Shown one piece after another: positions 45,526 through 55,083 of a stretch of 64,000 bases of DNA. The position numbers were made by a program, and so were the translations under genes. This stretch comes from Actinomycetota bacterium. GTDB lineage: Bacteria; Actinomycetota; UBA4738; CALAEC01. How positions within the stretch are numbered: position 1 is the stretch's first letter; each line of letters opens with the position of its first letter. The notes beneath the pieces are model-generated. The model had not been told where the DNA came from and ran no database searches. It saw only the letters and a program-made list of their open reading frames with translations. The stretch lies in NCBI GenBank assembly GCA_050692985.1, contig JBOGVZ010000047.1, forward strand, positions 76,533 through 140,532, written 5' to 3'.

Positions 45526-46371
45526 ATGTCGACGGACGGCAACGAGCTGATCTACGAGCGGCGGTGGGCCGCCTCGACCCGGGTGGTTCGCCTGCGGCCG
45601 CATGTGTGGCGAGGACTGGCGGGATCCCTGGAGGGCCAACCCCTCCTGGAGATCGGGCCCGGGCTCAGGCCGACGATCCCCGTGGAGGGCTCCTACTTCG
45701 CCGAAATCTCCAGCAGGGCGCTGGATGTGCTGGCCAGGCGGGGAGCTCACGTCAGACGCTACGCTGGGGGTTCCCTTCCGTTCCCCGACCGATTCTTCGG
45801 AGGGGTCTTCGCGTTCGAGGTCCTCGAGCACGTCCAGGAGGACAACGTGCTCGCGAGAGAGATCGCTCGGGTCCTCCACACCGGCGGAAGGTTCATGCTG
45901 TCCGTCCCCATCCGCATGTCGCGGTGGTCGAGGCTGGACGAGCTCTCGGCACACGTGCGGAGGTATGAGCCCGACGAGCTGTTCGACCTCCTTCGCCGAA
46001 ACGGCTTCCGGGTGGAATCCTGCGAGTTCAAGACCGAGAAGATCCGGCCGGGCCTCGTCACGATGAAGGCGTCCGTCCTCCAGTCGTTCCCCCGGCTGAC
46101 GAACACGTTCCTGCAGGGCGTCTTCTTCCCGTTGCTGGCGGGCTATCAGCGACGGTTCGCCGAGGTGCGGTGGCTGCCCCCGGAAGCCGCGATCCCGGCC
46201 GAGGCGACCGGGATCACGGTCCTCACGCGGCTGGTCGGCACGACGGCTCGGCTGGCTCCCGGGGGCGGTGACCTACCTCTTCCGGCCGTCAGTGGGGCCG
46301 CGTTCGGCGCCGAACCTGCCCCTCCACCCAGCCGAGGGAGGCGAGGCCGGCCAGGCCGACGAACGCGATGA
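45526..46371 (+). CDS. Class I SAM-dependent methyltransferase (type 11 domain); the last ~50 codons are low-complexity and may not be real
   Basis: ...LLEIGPGLRPTIP (motif I) ... GVFAFEVLEHVQED ... LHTGGRFMLSVP. Confidence 0.65.
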   Translation: MSTDGNELIYERRWAASTRVVRLRPHVWRGLAGSLEGQPLLEIGPGLRPTIPVEGSYFAEISSRALDVLARRGAHVRRYAGGSLPFPDRFFGGVFAFEVLEHVQEDNVLAREIARVLHTGGRFMLSVPIRMSRWSRLDELSAHVRRYEPDELFDLLRRNGFRVESCEFKTEKIRPGLVTMKASVLQSFPRLTNTFLQGVFFPLLAGYQRRFAEVRWLPPEAAIPAEATGITVLTRLVGTTARLAPGGGDLPLPAVSGAAFGAEPAPPPSRGRRGRPGRRTR

Positions 46372-46645
46372 ATCCGCCCTCCGTGAGCGCCTGGCGGATC
46401 GCCCGGGCCTGATCGGCGAACACGAAGGAGAACACCAGGACGATGGCCAGGAAGATGAGGTACCCGGCCGCCGCCATGGACCCCAGGTGCCTCAGGAGGA
46501 CGGGCCACCCGGGGGCCGGGCCGCTCGCCCGCCGCCGGGCCTTGGGAGAGCGCCGGTAGACGAAGAACATCACCAGGAAGCCCACGTACGCACAGCCCAG
46601 GGGAGCCACCACGCCTCCCCAGATCCCTCCGCCCAACGGCTCCAT
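46289..46645 (-). CDS. Hypothetical small membrane protein
   Basis: MEPLGGGIWGGVVAPLGCAYVGFLVMFFVYRR...AAGYLIFLAIVLVFSFVFADQ..., hydrophobic helices with positive-inside loops. Confidence 0.4.
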   Translation of the reverse strand: MEPLGGGIWGGVVAPLGCAYVGFLVMFFVYRRSPKARRRASGPAPGWPVLLRHLGSMAAAGYLIFLAIVLVFSFVFADQARAIRQALTEGGFIAFVGLAGLASLGWVEGQVRRRTRPH

Positions 46646-46654
46646 CCGCCTGCC

Positions 46655-46870
46655 TCAGTCCCGCAGGAAGAACTGCCACCCGCGAACGAACAGGTGCCAT
46701 CCGAGCCACAGCCACACCGCGAAGAGCACCCATCGCCCCACCACGCTCCGGGTGACCACGTCGAGCATGTCGCTGATCGTGGGGAAGCTCGGTCCGGACA
46801 CCATGGCCAGACCCTGCCAGATGAAGAAGAGGGCGACCAGGACGGCCCATCCAACGAGCGCCATCATCCG
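46655..46870 (-). CDS. Hypothetical small membrane protein (Trp-rich)
   Basis: Internal Met of ORF 46655..47338: MRMMALVGWAVLVALFFIWQGLAMVSGPSFPTISDMLDVVTRSVVGRWVLFAVWLWLGWHLFVRGWQFFLRD. Confidence 0.35.
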   Translation of the reverse strand, partial: RMMALVGWAVLVALFFIWQGLAMVSGPSFPTISDMLDVVTRSVVGRWVLFAVWLWLGWHLFVRGWQFFLRD

Positions 46871-46965
46871 CATCTTCCCTAAGTACGGAGCGAGCCGCCA
46901 CCGATGCTGGGATCGGCCGCGACCGGCGTCCGGGAGACGTGTGGTAAAAGCAGATCCGAGCGACA

Positions 46966-49322
46966 TGCCTGGGGGGGAACGCGTCGAAGGCGGCCGGGAT
47001 CCCCTCGACACGCCACCTCCGAGCCTCCCGGTCGACGAGGCCCGAACGATCGCCGAGCGCGTCTTCGGGGTGCGCGGATCGGTCTCCGCGCTGCGGAGTG
47101 AGCGGGACCAGAACTTCCGGGTCGATGCGGAGAGCGGACGCGGATACGTCCTCAAGGTCTCCAACCCCGCCGACGACCGGTCGGTCATCGAGATGCAGGC
47201 CGAGTCGCTGCTGCATGTCCGGCGCCAGGGTCCAGATCTGCCGGTGATGCGCCTCCTGCCGACGCCAGACGGAGCCCTGTGGGGGGAGATCCCGGGACCC
47301 CGGGACGATCCCCTTCTCGTGCGGATGTTCACCCTCATGCCGGGGCGGATGGTGAGGCCCGGGGAGCTGGATCACCGGGCCCTGGCCCGCTTCGGGCGGC
47401 TGGTGGCTCGGATGGGGCTGGCCCTCCGTGGGTTCTTCCACCCCGCCGCCGACTACGAGATCCTGTGGGATCTCAAGCACGCCCCCCGGCTACGGCCGCT
47501 CCTGGATGCCGTCGAGGAACCCGGCCGGCGCTCGCTGGCCGAGGGGGTGCTCGACCGGTTCGAGGAGCGCGTGGCGCCGGTCCTGGACGGCCTGCGGGCG
47601 CAGGTCATCCACAACGACCTGACGATCGACAACGTCCTCCTCGACGATGGGCGGAGGGTCAGCGGCATCGTCGACTTCGGCGATCTCACCCACACGGCCC
47701 TGGTCTGCGATCTGGCGATCGCGCTGGCCTCGCTGATGTGGGAGCGACCCGACCCCTTCGAGGCCGCCGCGGCGGCGATCCGCGGCTACGTCGAGGTGCT
47801 GCCCCTCGAGGAGCCGGAGGTTGATCTCCTCGGCGACCTGGTGGCCGCCCGGGTTGCCGCATGGGGCGTGATCGCGGCGTGGCGCGTCCGTCGGTTCCCC
47901 GACAACACCGACTACATCACCGCGGGCGACGATGCCGCGTGGCGCCTCCTCGAGGACCTCGACCGGATCGGGCCGCCTGAGGTCGGGCGGCGGCTCCGAG
48001 AGACCGGGCTCGATGCGCCTCTCCCGTACCGGAGGGTCCGCAGCGAGGAGCTCCTGGAGCGCCGCCGCCGGGTGCTCCGACGATCGCCGCTGACGTACGA
48101 GAGACCGGTGCACCTCGTCCGGGGGGAAGGGGTGTGGATGTTCGATCCGCACGGGCGACGGTACCTGGACGCGTACAACAACGTGCCCGTCGTGGGGCAC
48201 GGTCATCCACGGGTGACGGCGGCGGTCGCGGAACAGGCCCGCAGGCTGAACACGAACACCCGCTACCTGCACGAGGCCGCGGTGGAGCTTGCCGAGAGAC
48301 TGGTGGCCACGATGCCCGGCGACCTCGACACGGTCCTGTTCGTCAACTCGGGGAGCGAGGCCAATGACGTCGCGTGGCGCCTGGCCCGGGCAGCGACCGG
48401 CGGGGATGGGGCCATCGTCACCGAGCACGCCTACCACGGCATCACCGAAGCGACCGCGGCGCTGTCACCGGAGGAGTGGGCGAGGGGCGAGTGCCCCGGG
48501 CACGTCGAGCTCGTGCCGGCCCCGGACGGGTACCGGGGGCGGTACCGACGCGAGGACGGAGGGTGGGCCGAGCGGTACGCGGCGCACGTCGGAGAGGCCG
48601 TGGCCAGGCTGAGGGAGCGCCCGATGCGGCTCGCGGCGATGTTCGTCGATCCGGCCTCGACCAGTGACGGCGTCCTGGTCCCGCCGGATCCCTACCTCCG
48701 AGGGGTGGCCCCGCTGGTCCGGGAGGCGGGAGGCCTGCTGGTGGCTGACGAAGTGCAGGCGGGTCACGGCCGATACGGCTCGCATCTATGGAGCTTCCAG
48801 GCCTCCGGCGTGGAGCCGGACATCGTCACGTTGGGCAAGCCCATGGGCAACGGACATCCGGTGGCGGCGGTGGTGACCAGGGCCGAGATCCTCGATGCGC
48901 TCACCAGAGACACCGAGCTGTTCAGCACGTTCGGCGGCAACCCGGTGTCCTGTTCCGCGGCCCTGGCCGTGCTCGAGGTGATCGAGGAGGAAGCGCTCAT
49001 GCAGCGCGCGGCGACGGTCGGCGCCTACCTGCGGAGGGGCTTCGAACGGCTGAGCGAGGCCCACGTACAGATCGGCGACGTCCGGGGCGAGGGCCTCCTC
49101 ATCGGCGTCGAGCTCGTTCGCGACCGGCAGACGCGCGAGCCGGCACGGCAGGAGGCCGGGGCCGTGGTCAACACCATGCGGGAGCGCGGTGTCCTGCTCC
49201 GCTCGACGGGGCCGGAGGGGAACGTGCTGAAGATCCGGCCCCCGCTGGTCTTCACCGGTGAGCACGCGGACCTGCTCCTGGGAACGCTGGCCGCCGTGCT
49301 GGACGATGTGGACCATCGATGA
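46966..49322 (+). CDS. Fusion of an APH/choline-kinase-like phosphotransferase domain with a class III aminotransferase (kinase + PLP phospho-lyase-type architecture)
   Basis: N-terminal half ...YVLKVSNPADD...VIHNDLTIDNVLLDDGRRVSGIVDFGD (Brenner HxD and DFG-like). C-terminal half ...VNSGSEANDVAWRLAR...LLVADEVQAGHGRYGSHLWSFQASGVEPDIVTLGKPMGNG. Confidence 0.85.
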
Positions 49323-49463
49323 TCCGGTCGAACGCGCCGCTCTCAGGGAGGGAGTTGTAGCCTTCTCCTGCTCGGTCCCTCGACCCGGGGCCGAGTTCGG
49401 GAAAGTGGGCCGGCAACTGCGTAGGATGCACCGAGAGGACGTTTGCCCGGAAGCGCGGGGCCG

Positions 49464-50021
49464 ATGAAGGAAGTTCCCACGTCCGCTGAGGCGGACCCGA
49501 GGTCGAAGGCACCCACCGACGGGGGCGGTGAGGGGGAGCACCCGGCCGCCCCGGTCCCGGAGGTTGCCCCGGGCGGGGCGCCCACCGCTCCCTCTCCTGG
49601 CCCGGGCCCCGAGGCCGACACCTCCGGCTCGCTCCGACGGATCCTTCAGACGACCGCAACCATCATCGGCCCCGCCACCCTCGTGACGGCGCTGGCCTTC
49701 TACTTCGGGTGGGTCTCCACGAACGCCACGTTCTCCTACTTCGGCCTGGACGCCAGCGTGCTGGGGCTGACGGTCCAGGACATCGTCCTCAGCAGCACCG
49801 ATGCCCTGTTCGTTCCCCTGGGGTCCATCGTCATCGCCGCGCTCGCCGGGATCGCCGCCCACGCGGTGCTGATCCAGTGGGCGGACCGGGGGGGCCGCTC
49901 CGGTGAGCGCGTTCGACGCATCTCCGTCGCTCTGGCGGTCGCCGGGGCCGTGGCCTTCGTCCTGGGGATCTGGGCGGTGGTGGAGCCGCTTCCGCCACTC
50001 CGTTCCTGTTCCAACAGCTGA
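49464..50021 (+). CDS. Hypothetical polytopic membrane protein with Pro/Gly-rich N-terminus
   Basis: MKEVPTSAEAD...IIGPATLVTALAFYFGWV...IVIAALAGIAAHAVLI...VALAVAGAVAFVLGIWAVV. Confidence 0.45.
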   Translation: MKEVPTSAEADPRSKAPTDGGGEGEHPAAPVPEVAPGGAPTAPSPGPGPEADTSGSLRRILQTTATIIGPATLVTALAFYFGWVSTNATFSYFGLDASVLGLTVQDIVLSSTDALFVPLGSIVIAALAGIAAHAVLIQWADRGGRSGERVRRISVALAVAGAVAFVLGIWAVVEPLPPLRSCSNS

Positions 50022-50044
50022 GCGCGGGCATCGGGATCGCCTTC

Positions 50045-50491
50045 GTGGCCTACGCGGCGTACATCCGAAGGAGGGCCGGGTCCGCGGGGAAGCCGGCGGT
50101 CCGGCAGAACCCGGAGATCCGCCGGCTATGGTCCGCGGGGCTGGCGCTCGTGTGGCTGGTCATCGCCCTGTCCGTGTTCTGGTCCGTGTCCGAGTACGCC
50201 AAGGCCTTGGGTCGCGGCCGGGCCCAGCAGCTCGAGATCGGACTGGGGCGCCAGCCTTCCGTGGTGGTGTACGCCGAGCGCGACCTCCACCTGGACGAGG
50301 CCGGGGTCCGGAAGGAGCGGCTGAGGGGGCCGGACTCGGCCTATCGGTTCCGCTACTCGGGCCTGACGTTCCTGGTGCGAAGCGGCGGCAAGTACTTCCT
50401 GGTGCCCGAGTCGTGGACCAGGGGTGGGGGCGGGGTGATCGCATTGCCCGACGACGAGGCCCTGCGGGTGGAGTTCGAGGCGCGGGGATGA
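50045..50491 (+). CDS. Hypothetical membrane-anchored protein; possibly the frameshifted continuation of the preceding gene
   Basis: GTG start. ...RRLWSAGLALVWLVIALSVFWSVSEYAKAL, then a soluble domain. Upstream in the same frame reads TPFLFQQLSAGIGIAF (TM-like), continuous with the 49464 gene after a 1-nt shift. Confidence 0.45.
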   Translation: MAYAAYIRRRAGSAGKPAVRQNPEIRRLWSAGLALVWLVIALSVFWSVSEYAKALGRGRAQQLEIGLGRQPSVVVYAERDLHLDEAGVRKERLRGPDSAYRFRYSGLTFLVRSGGKYFLVPESWTRGGGGVIALPDDEALRVEFEARG

Positions 50492-51021
50492 GGCGATACA
50501 TCGTCCTGGCGCTCGTGGCCGCGTGGGTGCTTCCCGGGTGCCCGGTCGTGGGAGGTGACGGTGGCGTAGCCGGCGGAGGGGATGAGCCCCCCGCGGTGGC
50601 GCCGGCGGCCGAGCTCGGCTCGGTGGCGCTCACCGCGAACTGCGAGTCCTCCGGCGACGGAGAGGTGCAGGCCGTCAGCTTGGTGGGGACCTACGACTGC
50701 GACGCGAGGTTCGCCGTCACCATGTCGAACGCCGGGTCGGAGGAGCTCGGAGGGCTCGTGGCGCAGCTCGACCTGGCCGACGTGGAACTGGCCCCCGTGG
50801 CCGGCCCTACCACTCCGGGGGTCGAGGCCGGGGAGCCGGAGGGATTCGGCCTCGCGTCGGTCGATGCCAAGGGGGCTTCCTGCGAGGTGGGAGGGGTCAG
50901 GGCGGTCTGCGACCTGGAGTCCCTGTCGGCGGGCGAAAGCGCCGTGATCACGCTGGAGATCTCTCCATCCCCCGAGGTGGCCACGGTGACCACCGACGTC
51001 ACCCTGGCGGAGGCCGGCTAG
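50488..51021 (+). CDS. Secreted lipoprotein
   Basis: ATG overlapping the upstream stop (ATGA). MRRYIVLALVAAWVLPGC (lipobox), then a Gly/Ala-rich beta-rich domain. Confidence 0.55.
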   Translation: MRRYIVLALVAAWVLPGCPVVGGDGGVAGGGDEPPAVAPAAELGSVALTANCESSGDGEVQAVSLVGTYDCDARFAVTMSNAGSEELGGLVAQLDLADVELAPVAGPTTPGVEAGEPEGFGLASVDAKGASCEVGGVRAVCDLESLSAGESAVITLEISPSPEVATVTTDVTLAEAG

Positions 51022-51112
51022 GCCCGGCCGCCGATCTCCCGGGGAGACCGGAGCGGGGTCATACGCTCCAGCAGCGGTGTGCGCCGGCGCCGGGATGCGT
51101 TTCCGCAGGTCG

Positions 51113-51187
51113 TGCGCCCGGAGGGACTCGAACCCCCAACCTCCTGATCCGTAGTCAGACGCTCTGTCCAAATTGAGCTACGGGCGC
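51113..51187 (-). tRNA. tRNA-Arg (anticodon ACG)
   Basis: Reverse complement GCGCCCGTAGCTCAATTTGGACAGAGCGTCTGACTACGGATCAGGAGGTTGGGGGTTCGAGTCCCTCCGGGCGCA folds as a cloverleaf with 7-bp acceptor stem, anticodon loop CTACGGA and a GTTCGAGTC T-loop. CCA is not encoded. Confidence 0.85.
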
Positions 51188-51191
51188 TGCG

Positions 51192-51280
51192 CGGAGGCGG
51201 TGCGATTTGAACGCACGAGGGGCTTGCACCCCAACGGGATTAGCAATCCCGCGCCATAGACCAGACTAGGCGACGCCTCC
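51192..51280 (-). tRNA. tRNA-Ser (anticodon GCT), class II with long variable arm
   Basis: Reverse complement GGAGGCGTCGCCTAGTCTGGTCTATGGCGCGGGATTGCTAATCCCGTTGGGGTGCAAGCCCCTCGTGCGTTCAAATCGCACCGCCTCCG, with anticodon stem CGGGA/TCCCG and loop TTGCTAA. Confidence 0.85.
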
Positions 51281-51365
51281 TCCTCCGACCAAAGTGTACC
51301 GGACCGTGGCCGGCGGGGAACCGCCCGGAGGGAGGACGCTGGGGCGGCACGGCTACAATGGCCGC

Positions 51366-52229
51366 ATGGCCCAGGGCACCAGCGGCACCCCCTCACCCGT
51401 CCTGGGGATCGCGGGTCCCGTCATCCTCATCGGTGGCGCCGAGGACAAGCGGCGCGACAAGGTCATCCTGAGCCGGTTCGTGGAGCTTGCCGGAGGCCCG
51501 AACGCCAACATCGTGGTCATCAGCACCGCCTCGACGTTCGCGGAGCTGGCGGCGGAACGGTACGTCGAGCTGTTCTCCGAGCTGGGAGCCGGAGTCGTCA
51601 CCGGCGTCCGCCCCCTGTCACGTGAGGAGGCCAACGACCCCGCCACGGTCGCCCCCCTGGCCACGGCCACGGGGGCGTTCCTCACCGGCGGCAACCAGGT
51701 CCGGCTGATCTCCACGGTCGGGGGGACCCGGCTCGAGGACGCCCTGGCCTCGGCCCGTGACCGCGGGGCGGCCATCGCGGGGACCTCGGCCGGGGCGAGC
51801 GCCGCGGCCACCCACATGGTGGCCTTCGGCCGGTCGGGGGCCAGCCCCAAGCACCGCATGATCCACATCTCGGCCGGACTGGGCCTGGTGGACGGGATCA
51901 TCGTGGACCAGCACTTCGAGCAGCGCGGACGCATGGGCCGGCTCCTGGCCGCGGTGGCCCTGTCCCCCCGCTTGATCGGCATCGGGCTCGACGAGGACAC
52001 GGCCGCCATCATCTGGCCGGACCGCACGCTGGAGGTGATCGGGAAGGGGTCGGTGACGATCGTGGACGGCTCCCAGATCGCCACGGACTCGTTCCAGATG
52101 AAGGGCCACCGCCCCATGATGGTCTCCGGGGCCATCGTCCATGCCCTCCCCACGGGGTTCCGGTTCGACCTGCGGGGGCGGCGGCTGATCGAGGTGAGCG
52201 AGCCCGAGGTCCGGGAGGCCTCCGAGTGA
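51366..52229 (+). CDS. cphB: Cyanophycinase (S51 peptidase)
   Basis: ...PVILIGGAEDKRRDKVILSRFVELAGG...AIAGTSAGASAAATHM (Ser nucleophile)...GLGLVDGIIVDQHFEQRGR. An alternative upstream GTG start exists at 51294. Confidence 0.85.
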   Translation: MAQGTSGTPSPVLGIAGPVILIGGAEDKRRDKVILSRFVELAGGPNANIVVISTASTFAELAAERYVELFSELGAGVVTGVRPLSREEANDPATVAPLATATGAFLTGGNQVRLISTVGGTRLEDALASARDRGAAIAGTSAGASAAATHMVAFGRSGASPKHRMIHISAGLGLVDGIIVDQHFEQRGRMGRLLAAVALSPRLIGIGLDEDTAAIIWPDRTLEVIGKGSVTIVDGSQIATDSFQMKGHRPMMVSGAIVHALPTGFRFDLRGRRLIEVSEPEVREASE

Positions 52230-55081
52230 GCCGGCCCGCCCGATCCTCCCCGAAGGGGTCCCGCACGGCGTCCAGGGATGCCCGGGCCAGGGCCAAGCGC
52301 GAGCCGGCCTCCAAGAAGCCGCCGGCCCGGCCCGACCTGAAGATCCTCAAGACCCAGGTGTTCCGGGGACCAAACTACTACTCGTACGACCCCACCATCC
52401 GCCTGCTGGTCGACCTGGGCTCGCTGGAGCACTGGCCGTCGAACACGATCAAGGGCTTCAACACGGCGCTGCGGGAGCTGCTCCCGGGTATGGCGGACCA
52501 CTCCTGCTCGCTGGGACGGCAGGGCGGCTTCCTGGAGCGGCTCGACGACGGCACCTGGCTGGGCCACGTGGCCGAGCACGTGGCCCTGGAGCTCCAGCGC
52601 GAGGCGGGGACGCACATCTACCGGGGCAAGACCCGCAGCGCCGGAGCCCCCGGCCGCTACAACGTGATCTACGGGTACAGCGAGGAGCGGGTGGGGCTGG
52701 CCGCCGGCACCCTGGCCGTGCGGCTGGTCAACCACCTGGTCGAGGCCGAGGAGGCATTCGACTTCCTGGCCGAGCTGGAGAGGCTCATCCTCCTGGCGGA
52801 GCGGCGGGCCTTCGGCCCATCCACCCAGGCGCTCATCGACGAGGCCGCCAGCCGCGACATCCCCTACATCCGGCTCAACGAGGCGTCCCTGGTCCAGCTC
52901 GGTCAGGGCACCTACCAGCGGCGGATCCGGGCCACGATGACCTCGCTCACCCCGGCCCTGGCCGTGGACATAGCCGGAGACAAGAACCTCACGAACCGGT
53001 TGCTGGGTGCCGCCGGGTTGCCGGTCCCCCGCTCGGAGACCGTGCGCACCGAGGACGACGCGGTGGCCGCGGCCAAGCGGATCGGGTTCCCCGTGGTGAC
53101 CAAGCCCCTGGACGGGAACCACGGCCGCGGGGTGAGCCTGGAGCTCGCCACCGAGCGGGACGTGCGCCGGGGGTGCAGGCGGGCCCGGGACGAGTCCCGC
53201 CGGGGGGTCGTGGTCGTGGAGAGCTACGTGACCGGCAACGACTACCGGGTGCTGGTCATCGGTGGCCACATGGTGGCGGTGGCCCAGCGGGTCCCTGCCC
53301 ACGTGATCGGCGACGGCACCCACACGGTCCGCGAGCTGGCCGACATCGCCAACGAGGACCCCCGTCGGGGCATCGGGCACGAGAAGGTGCTCACCAGGAT
53401 CAAGGTGGACGAGGCCGCCGAGGCCCTGGTCAGGAAGCAGGGCTACGCGCTCGATGACGTCCTCCCCGAAGGCGAGATGGCCCTGCTGGTGGCCACCGGC
53501 AACATGTCCACCGGGGGCAGCTCGATCGACCGCACCTGGGAGGCCCACGAGGAGAACGTGGAGATCGCCGAGGAGGCCGCCCGGGTGGTCGGCCTGGACG
53601 TGGCCGGCATCGACTTCCTGACGCCCGACATCTCCCAGCCCGTCCGGGAGACCGGCGGAGCCATCGTGGAGGTCAACGCGGCCCCCGGCTTCCGGATGCA
53701 CACCCATCCCACCGAGGGCGAGCCGCAGTACGTGGCCAAGCCGGTGGTGGACCTGTTGTTCCCCCCCGGGTCACCGTCCCGGATCCCGATCGTGGCCGTC
53801 ACCGGCTCGAACGGGAAGACCACCACCGTTCGGATGATCGCCCACATCTTCGAGCGCATGGGGCGGAAGGTGGGCGTCACCACCACCGACGGCATCTACG
53901 TCGACGGCCGCCTGGTGCGGAAGGTAGACGCCAGCGGCCCCAAGTCGGCGCTGATGGTCCTCCAGAACCCCCGCGTGGACTTCGCCGTGTTCGAGGTGGC
54001 CCGGGGCGGGATCCTCCGTGAGGGTCTGGGCTACGGGCGAAACGACGTGGCCGTGGTGCTCAACGTCACCGGAGACCACCTGGGGCTGAAGGACGTCGAC
54101 TCCCTGGAGGACCTGGCCGAGGTCAAGCGGGTCGTCGTGGAGGCCGTCCCCCGGACCGGCATGGCCGTGCTCAACGCCGACGACCCCCTGGTGGCCGACA
54201 TGCGCAAGCACACCCGCGGCTCCGTGGTGCTGTTCTCGATGGAGGACCGCAGCGAGCTCGTTGAGCGGTGGGTCCGGCGGGGGAACAAGGCCGTCACGCT
54301 CGAGCGCGACGACCGGGGAGAGCGCATGGTGATCCGCGAGGGTCGCCGGTCGATGCCGATCGCCTACACCCACAACCTGCCGGCCACGTTCAACGGCCGG
54401 GCCCGGATGATGGTCCAGAACGCCCTGGCCGCCGCGGCGGCCGCCCATGCCGCCGGCGCCCACCTCCACGACATCCGCCAGGGGCTGCGGACGTTCACGA
54501 CCTCGATCTTCCAGGCACCGGGACGCCTGAACCTGGTCGACCTGGCCGGGATCAAGGTGCTGATCGATTACGCCCACAACCCCCACGGACTGGAGATGGT
54601 GGGCGACTTCGTGGAGCGCATCACCGCCGAGGCACCCGGTGGCGCCCCGCCCGGTGCGCCGTCGTGGTCGGCCAACCTGCGGGTTGCGGTGGTGGCCACC
54701 CCCGGCGACCGCCGCGAGGACGACATGCGGGAGCTGGGCCGGGTGGCCGCCCGATACTTCGACGACGTCATCATCCGGGAGGACGAGCATCCCCGCGGCC
54801 GCAAGCGCGGTGAGACCGCGGCGTTCATCCTGGAGGGCGTGCAGGAGGCCATGCGGGCCGGTGCCCGGGCGGGCAGCGTGGAGATCGTGCTCGAGGAGGA
54901 CGAGGCCGCCCGGCGGGCCCTGGACCGCAGCCGGCCGGGCGACCTGGTGGTGGTGTGCGTGGACCACGCCGACCGGGTGTGGCGAGAGCTCGAGACCCGC
55001 CGCAAGGCCGCCCTGGGCCTGCCGCCAACGGCCGGCGATGGCCAGGGCGCCGAGATCCCGGAGCTGGCCCCGGAGCTCTGA
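52226..55081 (+). CDS. cphA: Cyanophycin synthetase (N domain + ATP-grasp G domain + Mur-ligase M domain)
   Basis: GTG overlapping the cphB stop. ...VVTKPLDGNHGRGVSLEL (ATP-grasp) ... IVAVTGSNGKTTTVRM (Mur-ligase P-loop) ... IDYAHNPHG. Confidence 0.9.
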   Translation: MSRPARSSPKGSRTASRDARARAKREPASKKPPARPDLKILKTQVFRGPNYYSYDPTIRLLVDLGSLEHWPSNTIKGFNTALRELLPGMADHSCSLGRQGGFLERLDDGTWLGHVAEHVALELQREAGTHIYRGKTRSAGAPGRYNVIYGYSEERVGLAAGTLAVRLVNHLVEAEEAFDFLAELERLILLAERRAFGPSTQALIDEAASRDIPYIRLNEASLVQLGQGTYQRRIRATMTSLTPALAVDIAGDKNLTNRLLGAAGLPVPRSETVRTEDDAVAAAKRIGFPVVTKPLDGNHGRGVSLELATERDVRRGCRRARDESRRGVVVVESYVTGNDYRVLVIGGHMVAVAQRVPAHVIGDGTHTVRELADIANEDPRRGIGHEKVLTRIKVDEAAEALVRKQGYALDDVLPEGEMALLVATGNMSTGGSSIDRTWEAHEENVEIAEEAARVVGLDVAGIDFLTPDISQPVRETGGAIVEVNAAPGFRMHTHPTEGEPQYVAKPVVDLLFPPGSPSRIPIVAVTGSNGKTTTVRMIAHIFERMGRKVGVTTTDGIYVDGRLVRKVDASGPKSALMVLQNPRVDFAVFEVARGGILREGLGYGRNDVAVVLNVTGDHLGLKDVDSLEDLAEVKRVVVEAVPRTGMAVLNADDPLVADMRKHTRGSVVLFSMEDRSELVERWVRRGNKAVTLERDDRGERMVIREGRRSMPIAYTHNLPATFNGRARMMVQNALAAAAAAHAAGAHLHDIRQGLRTFTTSIFQAPGRLNLVDLAGIKVLIDYAHNPHGLEMVGDFVERITAEAPGGAPPGAPSWSANLRVAVVATPGDRREDDMRELGRVAARYFDDVIIREDEHPRGRKRGETAAFILEGVQEAMRAGARAGSVEIVLEEDEAARRALDRSRPGDLVVVCVDHADRVWRELETRRKAALGLPPTAGDGQGAEIPELAPEL

Positions 55082-55083
55082 GC

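Noticed and set aside
51021-51366. tRNA-Ser/tRNA-Arg pair as an integration site of a genomic island carrying the cyanophycin genes.
   Set aside because: There are no integrase or recombinase genes, no direct repeat of a tRNA 3' end, and no compositional break visible by eye. The idea is left as context only.
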